A stretch of DNA of 64,000 nt, taken from IMG/VR virus record IMGVR_UViG_3300031953_000001; one strand, written 5' to 3'. Under the pieces are notes generated by a model, which ran no database searches, was not told the origin of the DNA, and was given only the letters and a program-made list of their open reading frames with translations. Position 1 is the stretch's first letter. Each line of letters opens with the position of its first letter. The stretch is from a virus (Duplodnaviria > Caudoviricetes). The translations under genes were made by a program, and so were the position numbers. This document shows, in pieces, positions 62,748 to 64,000 of the stretch.

Positions 62748-62755
62748 CATACCAT
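62748..62755 (-). promoter_or_regulatory. putative late promoter ATGGTATG driving the tail fibre operon
   Basis: CATACCAT on +, downstream of the hairpin at 62787-62817. Confidence 0.6.
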
Positions 62756-62786
62756 TTCAAGAAGATGAGCCCGATCCTTAAAGCGG

Positions 62787-62822
62787 AATAAGAGGAGACC
62801 TGTTGGTCTCCTCTTTGTTTTA
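62787..62822. terminator. terminator hairpin
   Basis: ATAAGAGGAGACC-TGTT-GGTCTCCTCTT. Confidence 0.75.
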
Positions 62823-62833
62823 TGCTCACATTG

Positions 62834-63115
62834 TCAACGGGTACGTATAATAGCGGCTACATCATCCCGCCGAAGAGACGACATTAAGTCTGGGTTGCTG
62901 AACAAAACGTCGTCTATTAAAGTGGGGTTGTCTTTCTTCACCCGCCCCATTAACTTTGCGTATTCAACGACGGTCACTCGCGCAGCTTTACGAGAAGCGG
63001 TAACCTCAAACTGTGTGGTGCGTTTGTGGTTAAACTCCTCAACCGTGCGTTTGTAATCATCGATCGCCGCATTTAACTCCGCGCGCTTTACGTTTAAATC
63101 TGTAACTGTAACCAT
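62834..63115 (-). CDS. small helical protein, domain X copy 3
   Basis: Homologous to 25406..25696. Confidence 0.8.
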   Translation of the reverse strand: MVTVTDLNVKRAELNAAIDDYKRTVEEFNHKRTTQFEVTASRKAARVTVVEYAKLMGRVKKDNPTLIDDVLFSNPDLMSSLRRDDVAAIIRTR

Positions 63116-63124
63116 GACTGTGTC

Positions 63125-63973
63125 TCATATAGAGTCGAGGGAGGGATATCCTTCTCTCTTATCGACGTGTCGCATCAAATGGTGAGTCGATGGGTTTATC
63201 GGCGATGGGTGAGCGCCTTCGTTTGAGCGTTTACGAATGATCCGAATGATCCACGCGGGTAAGTCGAACTCCCACCATCGGACCTGGTTATTCCAATGTT
63301 GCGGATTGTGATGGTGGTTGTTGTGCCAGCCTTCCCCTAAGAACAACCAAGCCACCATCGGTGAATTGCGACTGTCGTCGTCGGTGTTGTAATTACGGTA
63401 ACCGACCGTGTGGGTCCAAGCCAAAGCGAACTTGAACACATACAGAATGATCGTGGCCGGCATGGCAAACGCAAAGACCACCAACCGCCAATCGATCGCC
63501 AGTAAGACCAAACACCAAACTCCCAAGATCGTGAAGTAGTGATTGTGACAAAACACGATGTCTTTCTGACGCAGCAGGTCTTTAGCTATTCTAGGCGACA
63601 GCTTTACCTCCGGCCAGTGCCCAAACCACACCCTAAAGAACCCCTGCACTTTGGGGCTGTGTGGGTCGGATGTGGTGTCTGCCTTGGCGTGATGGGTACG
63701 GTGCACGATCGTCCAGTTGATCGGAGAACCAAACCCCATCAACATCCCGACAAAGAGCAAAACGTAACGAATGGGGGTGTAGGTCTCAAATGACCTGTGG
63801 GCAACGTATCGGTGGTACCCCAAGGAGTTACCGAACAGACTGAGGACGTAGTACATCCCCAAGGCCACCAACAACCACTCGTATTGTTCGCTGTACATCA
63901 CGTATCCTAACCCCACCGCGGTTAACAGGTGATTGCCGCGGTTTAACCACAGTAGTTTGTGGTTATGGCTCAT
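63125..63973 (-). CDS. membrane fatty-acid desaturase (Delta9-like), copy 3
   Basis: GGAGG SD; GYHRYVAHRSF, HRTHH, DPHS, GYRN..T.D.SRN and WHNNHH. Confidence 0.92.
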   Translation of the reverse strand: MSHNHKLLWLNRGNHLLTAVGLGYVMYSEQYEWLLVALGMYYVLSLFGNSLGYHRYVAHRSFETYTPIRYVLLFVGMLMGFGSPINWTIVHRTHHAKADTTSDPHSPKVQGFFRVWFGHWPEVKLSPRIAKDLLRQKDIVFCHNHYFTILGVWCLVLLAIDWRLVVFAFAMPATIILYVFKFALAWTHTVGYRNYNTDDDSRNSPMVAWLFLGEGWHNNHHHNPQHWNNQVRWWEFDLPAWIIRIIRKRSNEGAHPSPINPSTHHLMRHVDKREGYPSLDSI

Positions 63974-64000
63974 AACGTCCTCCGGTATTTAGGCAAAGGT

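Noticed and set aside
1-64000. tRNA genes, stop-codon reassignment, transposases and homing endonucleases
   Set aside because: No cloverleaf with a T-loop was seen in intergenic gaps. TAA, TAG and TGA all end well-supported genes at high coding density. No DDE, HNH, GIY-YIG or LAGLIDADG motifs were noticed. This was by eye only, so tRNAscan-SE and HMM scans would be decisive.

Overview
This window is 64 kb of a large lytic dsDNA phage of the phiKZ-like, nucleus-forming jumbo group (Chimalliviridae-like). It is densely coding in standard code 11. Family assignments come from motif recognition and remembered phiKZ gene order; no searches were run. (1) 0-18 kb: nucleotide-metabolism and accessory genes (partial dTMP kinase, thyA, dUTPase, dNMP kinase, dCTP deaminase, secreted nuclease, SF2 helicase) plus many small ORFs. 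(2) 18-41 kb: conserved core block (head proteins, DnaB-like helicase, major capsid protein, non-virion RNAP beta-N subunit, baseplate proteins, portal, RuvC-like resolvase, overlapping spanin pair). (3) 41-51 kb: accessory genes including wHTH, AraC-like and alpha-CTD-like regulators and an apparent displaced homolog of the phage-nucleus import factor PicA/Imp1 (phiKZ gp69). (4) 51-64 kb: a minus-strand late tail/lysis region with a tail fibre, a Ser/Thr-rich adhesin-like protein, two glycosyltransferase-like genes, three fatty-acid desaturases, a DUF285 surface protein, an MshQ-like secreted protein, an endolysin and a ubiquitin-like protein. Two promoter motif classes (TATATCA[TC] and ATGGTATG) and a CATA..TATG-flanked hairpin family recur in intergenic DNA. 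The best candidates for new biology are the desaturase/glycosyltransferase/adhesin cassette with a thrice-repeated ~90-aa domain, the PicA-like gene and the phage ubiquitin-like protein. I saw no tRNA, CRISPR array, intron, intein or transposase.
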